From an uncultured Shewanella sp. (GTDB lineage Bacteria > Pseudomonadota > Gammaproteobacteria > Enterobacterales > Shewanellaceae): a stretch of DNA of 64,000 nucleotides. Positions 40,642 to 52,683 of this stretch are shown one piece after another (the first letter of the stretch is position 1; each line of letters opens with the position of its first letter). The notes beneath the pieces are model-generated. The model had not been told where the DNA came from and did no database searches. It was given only the letters and a program-made list of their open reading frames with translations. Position numbers and translations under genes: made by a program. The DNA lies in contig NZ_CANLZC010000006.1 in the NCBI RefSeq assembly GCF_947495455.1, positions 17,280-81,279 on the forward strand, read 5' to 3'.

Positions 40642-41115
40642 TTAATCTTTTTTGTAATCATCATGACAAGATTTACAGCTTTTTCCTGTTGTCATAAAGG
40701 CTTTTTGTACGGCTTTTTTATCTCCACTCTTGGCAGCGACGACTAAGAGATTGGCACTTTTTTGCAGTGTTTTCATTTGTTCATCGAACTTGGCTTTTTC
40801 TGTCCAAATTTTATCGAGAGCGTCACGTTGATCTAAACCTTTGGCTTGTATAAACCCTTCTAAAGGGAGTTTAGCTAAGGCGGCGACATTCTCAGCTCTG
40901 ATGGTGACAGAAGCAGGATCGTAAGGTTTCTTTCCTTTTAACATGGCGCCAATATCGCCAAAATTATAAGCCATCAAACTAAAAGCGGATTGTCTGTATT
41001 TAACGGCATCTTCGGGCTTTTTGAAATTATTACTGGGGCTAGTTTCAGCAGCGTTTACGGTCAAGGTCGTGCAGGTAAAAAATGCCAGTAGGCTTAATGT
41101 TAGTTTGTTCTTCAT
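40642..41115 (-). CDS. Cytochrome c' (class II c-type cytochrome)
   Basis: Signal peptide, AVKYRQS, IW.EKAKF, C-terminal CKSCH heme motif. Confidence 0.92.
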   Translation of the reverse strand: MKNKLTLSLLAFFTCTTLTVNAAETSPSNNFKKPEDAVKYRQSAFSLMAYNFGDIGAMLKGKKPYDPASVTIRAENVAALAKLPLEGFIQAKGLDQRDALDKIWTEKAKFDEQMKTLQKSANLLVVAAKSGDKKAVQKAFMTTGKSCKSCHDDYKKD

Positions 41116-41326
41116 CGTGCTCGCTCTTGTTATCTTGTTTTTGTTAGGGTGTTATTGTGCTTATATTGTTACACTTAATACTGTGTAATTGAAACTTATT
41201 TTTCAATGTTTGAATGATTAATAACAGGGTCAGTGAGGGGGGGAGCTTTTAGAATAATAGAGTATTGAATAATAATTTTGTTACAATAGGAATTAATTGT
41301 TAGGGTTGGGGGAAACAGGGGTAAAC

Positions 41327-41602
41327 ATGCGAGCAGAATGGGATTTAGTATTAGAGAAAGTGACTTCTCATCATGATCATAATGGATTGATAGATTTGTT
41401 TGAATTGTTACTGACAGAAGATGAACGCAGTGCAATCGCCAGCCGATTGAAGGTATTTCAGTCTCTGCTCGATGGTGAAATGAGTCAAAGGCAGATTGCT
41501 CATGAGTATCAGATCAGTATTGCGACGATAACTCGATGCTCAAATTATTTAAAGCAGATGTCCATTGAAAAGAAAAATAAGATCAAGTCACTCATTTTAT
41601 AG
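41327..41602 (+). CDS. trpR: Trp operon repressor
   Basis: LLLTEDER, SQRQIA...QISIATITRCSN.LK. Confidence 0.9.
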   Translation: MRAEWDLVLEKVTSHHDHNGLIDLFELLLTEDERSAIASRLKVFQSLLDGEMSQRQIAHEYQISIATITRCSNYLKQMSIEKKNKIKSLIL

Positions 41603-41667
41603 CGCCAGTGGGATTGGCCCTAAAAAGCCTCAATAACAACAAGCATTGAGACTTTTTAGGGGGAGAG

Positions 41668-42198
41668 TTAATGACCCTCGCAGCAACCATCTTTATGTTC
41701 GTGTTGCTCAGTGGAATGACTTTCACACTGGCCTGACGCATGCACGTGACCATGGGCTAGCTCTTCTTCAGTGGCTTTGCGAATATCAACCACTTCAACA
41801 TTAAAATGTAATCTTTGGCCTGCTAAAGGATGATTGCCATCAACAACAGCAACATTATCTTTCACTTCTACGACTTGAACGGGTCTTTGCCCCATTTCAG
41901 TTTCGGCAATAAAGCGCATGCCAGGTACGATATCTTCAACATCACCAAAAGCGTCAAGAGGGACTTCTTGGCGTAATCCATCATGATATTCACCATAACC
42001 GTCTTTGGCTTCAATACTGGCTTCTATTTTGTCACCAATGGTTTTACCTTCAAGCTCTGCTTCAAGGCCTGGGATCATATTTTGTGCGCCGTGTAGGTAC
42101 AGCATGGGCTCACTGTCAAATGAACTTTCAACAATACGGTTTTCATCATCTTTTAGTTGGTAATGGATCGTGACTGCACATGCTTGGGTAATTTTCAT
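41668..42198 (-). CDS. slyD: FKBP-type PPIase SlyD
   Basis: YLHGAQNMIPGLE, VDGNHPLAG; His/Cys-rich tail. Confidence 0.95.
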   Translation of the reverse strand: MKITQACAVTIHYQLKDDENRIVESSFDSEPMLYLHGAQNMIPGLEAELEGKTIGDKIEASIEAKDGYGEYHDGLRQEVPLDAFGDVEDIVPGMRFIAETEMGQRPVQVVEVKDNVAVVDGNHPLAGQRLHFNVEVVDIRKATEEELAHGHVHASGQCESHSTEQHEHKDGCCEGH

Positions 42199-42669
42199 GG
42201 TAAAACTCCAATAAATGAATGGCGAGCAGTTTAACTGGATTTGACATAAGATGCGATAACGGACTGGCATAACTTTGGCTTGATGTATTCATAGTGAAGC
42301 CCCAGAATTTGATATGAGTGAATAGTCATGCAGCTTTACTTGTGTTATTTGTGCCAAAATTACGCATTGAAAAGCAATATCAATCCTATGACTAAGGTGT
42401 GTAGTTGACTGACGAAAGTTTATTTTATTGCAAAGAATATTAAATTTAACGCTTGAGTAACAGTTATTTAAATAAGATGCCTCCATTAATAAACATGTTT
42501 TCCATGAATGGTTTGACCTGATGAAGGTAAATATTCAAGCTATTTAACTGCTAAATAGAAAAAGTGGGTAGTTTATTAAAATTATTCATAAAAAGGGGCT
42601 TGACAGTGAGCCTGTAAAAAGCAATTCTTTAAGGCATATATCAACGAATGAATTAAATTACCCCTTTTT

Positions 42670-42741
42670 ATGATGCTTAGCCGCGCTCTTGTAACGATTA
42701 TTATTACGACCACCACGATTATTATCGTGGGGACAGGCTGA
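42670..42741 (+). CDS. thrL: thr operon leader peptide MMLSRALVTIIITTTTIIIVGTG
   Basis: Read by hand; run of 11 Thr/Ile codons. Confidence 0.93.
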   Translation: MMLSRALVTIIITTTTIIIVGTG

Positions 42742-42767
42742 GCGTATCTAATATAAGATTAAACATT

Positions 42768-42800
42768 AAGCCTGCTTCCCATAAAGAAGCAGGCTTTTTT
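42768..42800 (+). terminator. thr attenuator terminator
   Basis: aagcctgcttc...gaagcaggctttttt; leader ACAGGCT can pair with AGCCTG. Confidence 0.92.
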
Positions 42801-42832
42801 GTTTCTTAATCGGGGTGGGCACAGGAGAAAGT

Positions 42833-45301
42833 ATGAAAGTCATGAAGTTTGGTGGTACCTCACTTGCCAATTGGCAGCGATTTCAATCTGCGGCAGCCAT
42901 TGTGGCAAAATCTGCCAATGAGGAGCCTATTGCTGTTGTTTTATCTGCGCCCGCAACGATTACCAATAGCTTGTTGGAAGTCGTGAATCTTGCCACTGAT
43001 GACGGGCAGTTTGAGCCGGTTTTATCCAGAATTGAGCAAGTCTTTACAACGCTTTATGGGCAAGCAGCAGAGGCGTTACTCTCTAGTAATCAAAGCCAAC
43101 ACTTACAAAATTGTCTGGATAAACAATTGGCTTTTTGGCGCAATAAATTACAAGGCATTACCTTGCTCGGTGTGTGCCCCGATAGTGTAAAAGCTGAAAT
43201 TATTATCGGCGGCGAAAAACTGTCAGCGGCATTAATGGATCAATTGATTAATGCGATGGGCCATAGTGCCTCGCAACTTAATCCTCAGGCATTGTTACTT
43301 GCTGAGGGGGCAAGACTGGAATCAGCTGTCGATATTGAGGCCAGTAAAGTGAGGTTCAACGCCATTAATTTGAATGAACATAGAGTCTGGATAATGCCTG
43401 GCTTTAGTGCTGGTAGAGAAGATGGTTCGGTCGTTACCTTAGGGCGCAACGGCTCTGATTATTCTGCAGCAGTATTAGCTGCCTGTATCGATGCCAGTTG
43501 CTGTGAAATCTGGACGGATGTTGATGGTATCTATAATACCGATCCTCGTGTGGTTCCCGATGCGAAATTATTGGCACAGATGAGTTACCAAGAGGCCATG
43601 GAAGTCTCTTATTTTGGAGCCAAAGTGCTGCACCCTAAAACGGTTGCTCCAATCGCTCAGTATCATATTCCTTGTTATATCCGTAATAGTTTTAATCCTG
43701 ATGCGGTCGGTACCTTAGTGTCCAATGCACAAGATGAATCGGGATTAAGTGTGAAAGCCATCTCTAATCTCGACGAACAAACCATGTTTGATGTCTCTGG
43801 GCCGGGTATGAAAGGCATGGTGGGAATGGCAAGCAGAACATTAGGTGCCATCTCAAGAAGTGGTGTGTCGGTATCGCTTATTACCCAAAGTTCTTCTGAA
43901 TACAGTATTAGTTTTTGTGTCAATACCTCTGATGCGGCGAGTGCGAAACAGGCGTTAGAGCAAGAGTTTGAACTGGAATTGCAAAGTGAGCTATTAGAGC
44001 CGTTAGCAATTCGCCATAACTTAGCCATCGTGTCCTTGATTGGTGATGGCATGCGGACAAACAAAGGGATCACCGCCACCTTTTCTCAAGCATTAGCCCA
44101 AGCAACGGTCAATATTATTGCTATTGCACAAGGTTCATCAGAACGCTCCATTTCTGCCGTTGTCGAGCAGCGTAAGATTAAAAATGCGATTTCAGCTTGC
44201 CATCAAAGCTTTTTCGATGTGCAGCACTACTTAGATGTTTTTCTTGTGGGGTGCGGTAATGTTGGTGCTGGATTACTGGATCAAATTGCCAGTCAAGCAG
44301 ATATGCTTAAAGAGCAACATATTAGTATTCGTGTGTGTGGCATCGTTAATTCCAGCAAAATGTTACTTAATGCTCAAGGAATTGATTTGGCGACATGGTC
44401 ATCTTTGTTAAATGAATCCACTCAACACAGTGATCTTGACTTTATGTTACGTTGGGCTAAAGAACAGCAATTGCTTAACCCTGTACTCGTTGACTGTACT
44501 TCAAGTGATTTTGTGTCAAATAAATACCTTGATGTGATGAATGCTGGTTTGCATGTTGTCACGCCAAATAAGAAAGCCAATACTCGTGATATGGCGTATT
44601 ATCAAGCGTTACGTCAAACAGCCTTAAAGCAACGTCGTCAATTTCTATACGAAACAACTGTGGGTGCGGGATTACCTGTTATTGATAACCTGAAAAAATT
44701 ATTATGTGCTGGCGATAAGGTATTAAGCTTTAGCGGTATTTTATCAGGAAGCTTATCTTATATTTTTGGTATGTTAGATGAAGGCATGAGTTTGTCAGAG
44801 GCAACACGCATCGCCAGAGAAAAATGCTTTACAGAGCCAGATCCAAGAGATGATCTCAGTGGTATGGACGTGGCGCGTAAAGTGCTCATTTTAGCCCGTG
44901 AGATTGGGCTACAGATAGAGCTTGATGACATCGAAGTCGAGTCTGTGTTACCCCCTCATTTTGATGCCTCCGGTGATGTTGAAACCTTTATGGCGAACTT
45001 AACTGCATTGGATGAGGAAGTAGGAGCACAAGTCAGTCATGCTAAAGCCCAGGGCCGCTTATTACGCTATGTGGGACAAATTGATGATAAAGGCTGCCGC
45101 GTTAAAATTGTTGAGGTCGATGCCAGTCACCCTCTTTACAGTGTAAAAGGAGGCGAAAATGCACTTGCCTTTAATAGCCGCTATTATCAGCCTATTCCTT
45201 TTGTATTGAGAGGATATGGTGCAGGCACTGAAGTGACAGCAGCGGGGGCTTTTGCAGATGTTTTAAGAACATTAAATTGGACTCGTGAGGTAACAGCATG
45301 A
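42833..45301 (+). CDS. thrA: Bifunctional aspartokinase/homoserine dehydrogenase I
   Basis: [23 protein letters not shown] domains, [13 protein letters not shown]. Confidence 0.98.
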   Translation: MKVMKFGGTSLANWQRFQSAAAIVAKSANEEPIAVVLSAPATITNSLLEVVNLATDDGQFEPVLSRIEQVFTTLYGQAAEALLSSNQSQHLQNCLDKQLAFWRNKLQGITLLGVCPDSVKAEIIIGGEKLSAALMDQLINAMGHSASQLNPQALLLAEGARLESAVDIEASKVRFNAINLNEHRVWIMPGFSAGREDGSVVTLGRNGSDYSAAVLAACIDASCCEIWTDVDGIYNTDPRVVPDAKLLAQMSYQEAMEVSYFGAKVLHPKTVAPIAQYHIPCYIRNSFNPDAVGTLVSNAQDESGLSVKAISNLDEQTMFDVSGPGMKGMVGMASRTLGAISRSGVSVSLITQSSSEYSISFCVNTSDAASAKQALEQEFELELQSELLEPLAIRHNLAIVSLIGDGMRTNKGITATFSQALAQATVNIIAIAQGSSERSISAVVEQRKIKNAISACHQSFFDVQHYLDVFLVGCGNVGAGLLDQIASQADMLKEQHISIRVCGIVNSSKMLLNAQGIDLATWSSLLNESTQHSDLDFMLRWAKEQQLLNPVLVDCTSSDFVSNKYLDVMNAGLHVVTPNKKANTRDMAYYQALRQTALKQRRQFLYETTVGAGLPVIDNLKKLLCAGDKVLSFSGILSGSLSYIFGMLDEGMSLSEATRIAREKCFTEPDPRDDLSGMDVARKVLILAREIGLQIELDDIEVESVLPPHFDASGDVETFMANLTALDEEVGAQVSHAKAQGRLLRYVGQIDDKGCRVKIVEVDASHPLYSVKGGENALAFNSRYYQPIPFVLRGYGAGTEVTAAGAFADVLRTLNWTREVTA

Positions 45302-46242
45302 GTGTGAAGGTTTATGCTCCGGCATCGATAGCCAATATTAGTGTTGGGTTTGATACTTTAGGAGCGGCATTGGCTCCCATAGATGGCACCTTGTTAGGCG
45401 ATACTGTATCTATTGAGGCGATAGACACAGGTGTGACTTTGGTTGTTAAGGGGCCTTGGGCCCATAAACTCCCCACTGATCCTAAAGAGAATATTGTGTA
45501 TCAATGTGCTGAGTTCTTTATTTATCAATTAACGGATAAAAGTGCTTTTACGGGAGGGATAAAGTTAACATTAGAAAAAAACTTACCCGTAGGTAGCGGA
45601 CTGGGGTCGAGCGCGAGCTCTGTGGTTGCTGCTCTCTATGCGTTAAATGAGTATTTCAGTACACCATTTACCGAAGCTGATTTATTGTTAGTGATGGGTA
45701 AGTTTGAAGGGCAGATCAGTGGCTCTGTGCATTATGATAATGTCGCACCTTGCTATTTAGGCAAAATGCAATTGATTCTAAATGGAAAAAGTCAGGTGTG
45801 TGATGCCATTCCCAATTTTAATCAATGGTATTGGGTGATGTCATATTCTGGAGTGTCTTTATCGACAGCGAAAATGAGGCAACTTATGCCCGATCAATAT
45901 GATAAGTCCATTGCAATTGAGTTTGGCCGTTATTTAAGTACATTTGTGCACGCTTCTTATAAACAAGATGAGGCACTAGCAGTTGATGCTTTACAAGATG
46001 TGCTTGCTGAGCCTTATCGAGCCGCTGCGATTCCGGGTTATATGGAGGCTAAAACGGCATTGCAAATTATGGGTATGTTAGCCACGGGAATATCCGGTAG
46101 TGGCCCCACACTTTTCTCTATCACTAATAGCCTTGAAAAAGCTGAGCAAGCTAAAGCTTGGTTGGATAAGCATTACCTGAATGATGAAAACGGCTTTTCA
46201 CATGTTTGCCGAATTGATCCTAAAGGTGTAAGAATAATTTAA
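45298..46242 (+). CDS. thrB: Homoserine kinase
   Basis: [14 protein letters not shown] motif, HYDNVAP, SGSGPT. Confidence 0.98.
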   Translation: MSVKVYAPASIANISVGFDTLGAALAPIDGTLLGDTVSIEAIDTGVTLVVKGPWAHKLPTDPKENIVYQCAEFFIYQLTDKSAFTGGIKLTLEKNLPVGSGLGSSASSVVAALYALNEYFSTPFTEADLLLVMGKFEGQISGSVHYDNVAPCYLGKMQLILNGKSQVCDAIPNFNQWYWVMSYSGVSLSTAKMRQLMPDQYDKSIAIEFGRYLSTFVHASYKQDEALAVDALQDVLAEPYRAAAIPGYMEAKTALQIMGMLATGISGSGPTLFSITNSLEKAEQAKAWLDKHYLNDENGFSHVCRIDPKGVRII

Positions 46243-46323
46243 TCGTGTTGAGTCTATTCTGGTGTGAATAGGCTTTAGCAGTATGCAATAAAGCGTGTAT
46301 TGAACAATAAAGGGCAAGTTGTT

Positions 46324-47607
46324 ATGCAGTTATATAATTTAAAGCATCCATCTCAAGTGGTGAGTTTTACTGAAGCAGTAAAGCTTGGGCTAGGGAAAGA
46401 TAGAGGGCTATTTTTTCCAACGGAGATCCCCGTTTTGGAAGATATGGACAGGTTATTAGCACTGCCGTTTGTTGAAAGAAGCCAAAAAGTGATTGGCGCT
46501 TGGTTGGCTTCAGAGCTTGGACAAGACACCGTTGATGCACTCGTTGAAAAGGCGTTCAATTTTGATGTGCCTTTAGTGAAAGCAGATGAAAATCGATACA
46601 GTTTAGAGCTTTTTCATGGGCCGACCTTAGCGTTTAAAGATTTTGGCGCCCGCTTTATGGCTCAATGCTTGAATGTGTTAGCAAAAGATGAGCCCATTAA
46701 TATTCTCACTGCGACATCAGGGGACACTGGGGCGGCAGTGGCTGATGCTTTTTTTGGACTCGATGCCATTAACGTTGTGGTGCTTTATCCAAAAGGAAAA
46801 ATCAGCGTATTGCAAGAGAAGATGTTTACGACATTAGGCCAAAACATTCATACTGTTGCAGTTGATTCTGATTTTGATGCTTGCCAAGATTTAGTTAAAC
46901 AGTCATTTGAAGACAGCACAATTCGTGATGGATTGCATCTAAACTCAGCGAATTCTATTAACATCAGTCGCTTACTTGCGCAGATTTGTTATTATTTTGA
47001 AGCCGTTGCCCAGTTTAAACAGCAGCATGATGTGCTACCTGTTATTGCTGTCCCCAGTGGTAATTTTGGTAATTTAACCGCGGGTTTGTTTGCGAAAGCT
47101 ATGGGGTTACCTGTGAGCTATTTTGTTGCGGCGACGAACAGCAATGATACTGTTCCTCGTTACTTACAGGATGGACTATGGGCGCCTAATAGCACTGTGG
47201 CGACCATGTCTAATGCAATGGATGTGGCTGAGCCGAGCAATTGGCCAAGAGTCGAAGCAATCGTTGATAAAATGGGATGGTCGCTAAGCGGCATTAAGGG
47301 AGTTGCTCTGTCAGAATCACAAACCTCTACGGCATTAGTGGCCTTATATGAAGCGGGCTATTTATCTGAGCCACATGGTGCGATTGCCGCAGATGCGTTG
47401 AATCAAGTGATGAATGATAGCGAGAAAGGCATTTTCTTAGGAACAGCACATCCAGCAAAATTTAATGAAGTGGTTGAGGCGGAGCTTAATATTGACCTAC
47501 CTTTACCTCAACCTTTGAAGAATGTTGAGAGTAAGTCGATTTTATCTGCCGAATTACCCGCCAGTTTTGATGCCTTAAAAGCTCATTTATTCACGATATT
47601 GAAATAA
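46324..47607 (+). CDS. thrC: Threonine synthase
   Basis: LELFHGPTLAFKDFG, ATSGDTG, PSGNFGN and TAHPAKF motifs. Confidence 0.98.
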   Translation: MQLYNLKHPSQVVSFTEAVKLGLGKDRGLFFPTEIPVLEDMDRLLALPFVERSQKVIGAWLASELGQDTVDALVEKAFNFDVPLVKADENRYSLELFHGPTLAFKDFGARFMAQCLNVLAKDEPINILTATSGDTGAAVADAFFGLDAINVVVLYPKGKISVLQEKMFTTLGQNIHTVAVDSDFDACQDLVKQSFEDSTIRDGLHLNSANSINISRLLAQICYYFEAVAQFKQQHDVLPVIAVPSGNFGNLTAGLFAKAMGLPVSYFVAATNSNDTVPRYLQDGLWAPNSTVATMSNAMDVAEPSNWPRVEAIVDKMGWSLSGIKGVALSESQTSTALVALYEAGYLSEPHGAIAADALNQVMNDSEKGIFLGTAHPAKFNEVVEAELNIDLPLPQPLKNVESKSILSAELPASFDALKAHLFTILK

Positions 47608-47653
47608 TGGTATTAAAATAACAGTATTGACATGATTTAGAATAGAGAGATAG

Positions 47654-47684
47654 AAAGAGCAGCGTTAATTGGCTGCTCTTTTTT
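47654..47684. terminator. Terminator after thrC
   Basis: aaagagcagc...gctgctctttttt. Confidence 0.8.
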
Positions 47685-47704
47685 ATTGCTGAAGGGAGAG
47701 AAAA

Positions 47705-47890
47705 CTATATGAACAAGTTGTCTATTTCATCATTGAAATTATTATCGATGTCTTGAAGTTCTTTGAGTAGGCGATGTTTTTCTTTTAGCGCTTCTATTTC
47801 ACGCCATTTTCGCTTTTTACTGGAATTTCTCGAGCGGCTGGGTTTTTCTACTACACTATCTAGCGCACAACCATAATCTAAACGATTCAT
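47705..47890 (-). CDS. DUF3545-family small protein
   Basis: KKRKWREIEALKEKHRL.KEL..ID; RBS aggagg before ATG at 47890. Confidence 0.8.
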   Translation of the reverse strand: MNRLDYGCALDSVVEKPSRSRNSSKKRKWREIEALKEKHRLLKELQDIDNNFNDEIDNLFI

Positions 47891-48055
47891 AGCAACCTCC
47901 TGTCGTTTCTTTGTCTTCAAATAAATAGCATGTTTTTCAAACAGGGCGCAACAAAAATGTTTCATTAATGTTAATTTTGGGTGTTTTTTTTATTTATTTA
48001 CACTTTTAATGTGGTTTAGTGTCAATGAGTGGCATGTCTATGAGGAGGGGGGAAT

Positions 48056-48084
48056 AAAAAAGCCAATGACAGGTGTCATTGGCT
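48056..48084 (-). terminator. Terminator after pgi
   Basis: agccaatgac-aggt-gtcattggct with an A-run on the + strand. Confidence 0.7.
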
Positions 48085-48120
48085 CTAGATTAAAGCGGTG
48101 TTAAAAATAATGCTAAAGGA

Positions 48121-49758
48121 TTATATCTTCTGCTGGCGAAACAGATTGATTAATCCATTACTTGAGCTATCGAGCTCTGCGCTTGCTTTAGTCGCCGTTA
48201 AGCGTTCAAGTACATCATTGCCGAGCACTTTACCGAGTTCAACACCCCATTGATCAAATGAGTTTATCTGCCAGATCGCACCTTGAACAAAAGTTTTATG
48301 TTCATATAGCGCAATTAGCGCCCCTAAAGTCGAAGGGGTCAGCTTATCCATAAGTAGGGTATTGCTTGGCTTGTTGCCAGGCATCACCTTATGTTTTGCA
48401 ATCAGCTGTTTTTCATTGTCATCAAGGGCGCTGTTTTTTAACTCGGCTAAGGCTTCCTCAAACGTTCTTCCTTGCATTAAGGCCTGTGTTTGTCCAAAGC
48501 AGTTAGAAGCTAGCTGAACATGGTGCTCACCCAATGGATTATGGCTATTTAGCGGCATAATGAAATCGGCAGGGATCAATCCTGTTCCTTGATGCAATAA
48601 CTGATGATAAGCGTGTTGACCATTTGTGCCTTCACCGCCCCAAATAATAGGGCCCGTTTTATAATCAACATCTTGTCCATTAAGAGTGACAGATTTACCG
48701 TTACTTTCCATATCAAGTTGTTGAAAATAAGCGGGGAGTCCTCTCAAGTAGTGATCGTAGGTCAAGACAACATGAGATTGTGCATCAAAAAAGTTGACAT
48801 ACCAAACAGACAATAGCCCCATAATAACGGGCATATTTTCTTCAAGAGGGGCATTGGCAAAGTGCTCATCCATTTCATTGGCGCCAGCTAATAACTCACG
48901 AAAGCTTTCCATACCAATGAGTAGTGCAATGGGCAAGCCAATGGCGGACCAAAGTGAATATCGCCCGCCGACCCAGTCCCACATAGGAAAAATGTTTTCA
49001 GGCGCAATACCAAATTCACAGGCTTTAGTGACATTGGAGCTAACTGCGACAAAATGCTTAGCCACATCACTTTGACTCGCACCCTGACGAATAAACCAAT
49101 CTTTTGCACTTAAGGTATTGGTTAATGTCTCTTGAGTGCCAAATGACTTAGAAGACATGATAAACAGGGTTGTTTCTGCATTCAGTCCTTTAAGTTTTTC
49201 GACAATTGAAGTGGCATCGACATTAGCGACAAAATGACAGTTTATTTTTCCTGTCCAATACGGACGAAGTGCTTGAGAGACTATTTTAGGCCCTAAAAAA
49301 GAACCCCCAATACCTATACTCACCACATCAGTAATGTTTTTACCTGTGTAACCTTTCCATGTTCCTGAGGTAATGTTATCAACAAAGTTTTCCATTTTCG
49401 CTAAGGTTTGTCGAATCTCAGAGAAAATATTGTCGCCATCAAGATTAATATTTGGATCTGATTGAGCGCGTAAGGCACTGTGCAACACAGCACGTTGCTC
49501 TGTGGTATTAATTTTCTCTCCACTGAGCAATGCGTGGATCTTGGTTGTCAATGCAGATTCTTTAGCCAGAGAGAATAACTGTGACAAAGTTTCATCGGTG
49601 ATCTTATTCTTAGAATAATCTAAAAATAATCCACAAGCCGATAAAGAGAATTTTTCAAAACGCTTAGGATCGCTGGCAAATAAGGATCGCATATGCGGCA
49701 CAGTTTCACTGTGGCGTTTAAGTGCGTTCCAAGATGATAATTGAGTTAATTCAGTCAT
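48121..49758 (-). CDS. pgi: Glucose-6-phosphate isomerase
   Basis: [31 protein letters not shown] and [10 protein letters not shown] motifs. Confidence 0.99.
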   Translation of the reverse strand: MTELTQLSSWNALKRHSETVPHMRSLFASDPKRFEKFSLSACGLFLDYSKNKITDETLSQLFSLAKESALTTKIHALLSGEKINTTEQRAVLHSALRAQSDPNINLDGDNIFSEIRQTLAKMENFVDNITSGTWKGYTGKNITDVVSIGIGGSFLGPKIVSQALRPYWTGKINCHFVANVDATSIVEKLKGLNAETTLFIMSSKSFGTQETLTNTLSAKDWFIRQGASQSDVAKHFVAVSSNVTKACEFGIAPENIFPMWDWVGGRYSLWSAIGLPIALLIGMESFRELLAGANEMDEHFANAPLEENMPVIMGLLSVWYVNFFDAQSHVVLTYDHYLRGLPAYFQQLDMESNGKSVTLNGQDVDYKTGPIIWGGEGTNGQHAYHQLLHQGTGLIPADFIMPLNSHNPLGEHHVQLASNCFGQTQALMQGRTFEEALAELKNSALDDNEKQLIAKHKVMPGNKPSNTLLMDKLTPSTLGALIALYEHKTFVQGAIWQINSFDQWGVELGKVLGNDVLERLTATKASAELDSSSNGLINLFRQQKI

Positions 49759-49776
49759 GGTGATTTGCTCGCAAGC

Positions 49777-50733
<957 letters not shown>

Positions 50734-50946
50734 AAAAATTACATCCTTCTCAGGTGGCAGCGTAAATATGATGAGTGCAATAGCGTATTAAAAGCGATTT
50801 TACCCTATAATCCAACTCTAAATGAAAAAAAATTACAGAAAAGTTGTAAAATACCATTAAATATTTGCGAACTGACTATTATATTTCGTTAATAGTCAAT
50901 TTTTTACATCTTTTGTCGGTTAAATGCGTTCAATAAAATGTGTATT

Positions 50947-50979
50947 AAAAAAGCCCGTGTTTGACATGAACACGGGCTT
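50947..50979 (-). terminator. Terminator of the OmpA-family gene
   Basis: aaaaaagcccgtgtt...aacacgggctt. Confidence 0.8.
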
Positions 50980-50999
50980 CATTTTAGTACAATGGCGAC

Positions 51000-52103
51000 T
51001 TATTCCATGACTTCAGTGCGCATGAGTGGAACCTGCTCTACGCCTGTCACTTGCGCTTCAATTCGACGGTTCGCTTTATTGGCTGCAGCTGAACTTCCCG
51101 GAATAAGGGGTTTGGTAATACCATAGCCTTTAGAAGTGACTCGCGACTTTTGAATACCAAAGCGTTTAACGAGTATATTGGCAACCTTATCTGCTCGGCG
51201 TTGAGACAAGACCATATTATATTCTGGAGAACCGACATTTGAGGCATATCCAGAAACTTCAACCATACTATCGGGATATTCCATCATGAAATCGGCGACT
51301 TTTTTGATATCAGTCATGGCCGCTTTTTTGACAACAGATGAATTGTTGTCAAATTCAGCGCCTATTTCAAATTTGAATATTTTGTCTTCATAAATGGTAC
51401 AACCATAGGCGTCAACTTGCTCGTTAGGTGGCGTATTAGGGCATTGATCTATGTCATCCGGCACACCATCGGCATCGGAATCAAAGATGACAACAACCAT
51501 TTCTTCTTTGGCTTTATGCCCAAAACGATAACTGAGTTGCAGTCCCCAGTAGTTACTTTCCATGTCATAGGTACGATACTCTGTATCATTGAGATCCTGA
51601 TAACGGCGATATTTCATTTCGAATTTAACGTTATCGGTGACATTAAAACCAAAACCAGCACCAAAGTAAGGGGCAAAGTCGGTTGCGCTGTAGTAATCAC
51701 TACCGTAATTTTTATTGTTGTACCAGAGATAATGCATTGCACCGACTTCAGCATTAAAGCTCCATCGATTACCTAAGGGGACAATACCGACAAAACCAGC
51801 TGTAACGCCATGAACGCCAACGTCGTTTAGGTTTCCTGAATAATCAGTAAATTCTGCACGCCCTAGATCCCGATAGCCGACCTCAATGCCAACATAGTCA
51901 CTAAATAGGAAACCTGCGAATACATCCCATGCATAGGGATCATCTTTTCCACAAGAAGCCATTGTTTTCATATCGCATTGGGGTTGATAGTCATTGATAC
52001 CTATGCCTGCACCAATATACCAAGGTGTCATACCATCATCTGCATGTGCAGCAAAAGGCAGTATTGATGTAAGCAATACAGCTTTTAGAGTGTTGTTCAT
52101 CAT
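51000..52103 (-). CDS. OmpA/OprF-family outer membrane protein
   Basis: Signal peptide, N-terminal barrel, DSDADGVPDDIDQCP linker, C-terminal LSQRRA..V and NRRIE peptidoglycan-binding domain. Confidence 0.93.
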   Translation of the reverse strand: MMNNTLKAVLLTSILPFAAHADDGMTPWYIGAGIGINDYQPQCDMKTMASCGKDDPYAWDVFAGFLFSDYVGIEVGYRDLGRAEFTDYSGNLNDVGVHGVTAGFVGIVPLGNRWSFNAEVGAMHYLWYNNKNYGSDYYSATDFAPYFGAGFGFNVTDNVKFEMKYRRYQDLNDTEYRTYDMESNYWGLQLSYRFGHKAKEEMVVVIFDSDADGVPDDIDQCPNTPPNEQVDAYGCTIYEDKIFKFEIGAEFDNNSSVVKKAAMTDIKKVADFMMEYPDSMVEVSGYASNVGSPEYNMVLSQRRADKVANILVKRFGIQKSRVTSKGYGITKPLIPGSSAAANKANRRIEAQVTGVEQVPLMRTEVME

Positions 52104-52683
52104 TAAAATCCTTATGTTTTATAATAAAAACGCCTCCACTGACATCAATATAAAACACTGTTAGCGTAACAAGTGGAGTTCCTTTAACAAGGGGCTAACA
52201 AGCATTAGTATCTGTCGCAAATGAGGTTATTGCCAATTTAATGAAGATATTTTTTGTGTTTATTTGCCTTGGAATCAAAAATAATGGCTTGTTAATTGAG
52301 GGTAAAATGAGTGGAATTAATTTTATTATTATGAATAACAGCTGCTTGTATATATTTTTAGAATGAATAGAGCAAGTGACCTGTTTCTTATTGAAAAAGT
52401 TCTTTTAGATGAAGAAGAATAAGGCTTAAGGAGCGATTAAAAAGGGTACATGCTAAAGCGGCTTCAATACTCAATGGATAGGCTATGATGATATTTAACT
52501 TGTTTTAAGTTTGATGATAAAACGTTTTCTTTATGTTACTTTTCAACCTTAATTATTCTAAGCTGTAATGAGTAAATGCCATTAAGTTTATTCCGTTTGT
52601 GTTGTTTTATGCAGGTGAAGCTAGGTCACAGCTGATAACGAGATAAGTTAATGGCTTTGTTTGTCATGAGGGTGAACAGAAAT

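Noticed and set aside
52104-52683. Glycine riboswitch upstream of the AGCS symporter
   Set aside because: The tandem GGAGA...CCGAAG...CTCTCAGG aptamer signatures could not be found.
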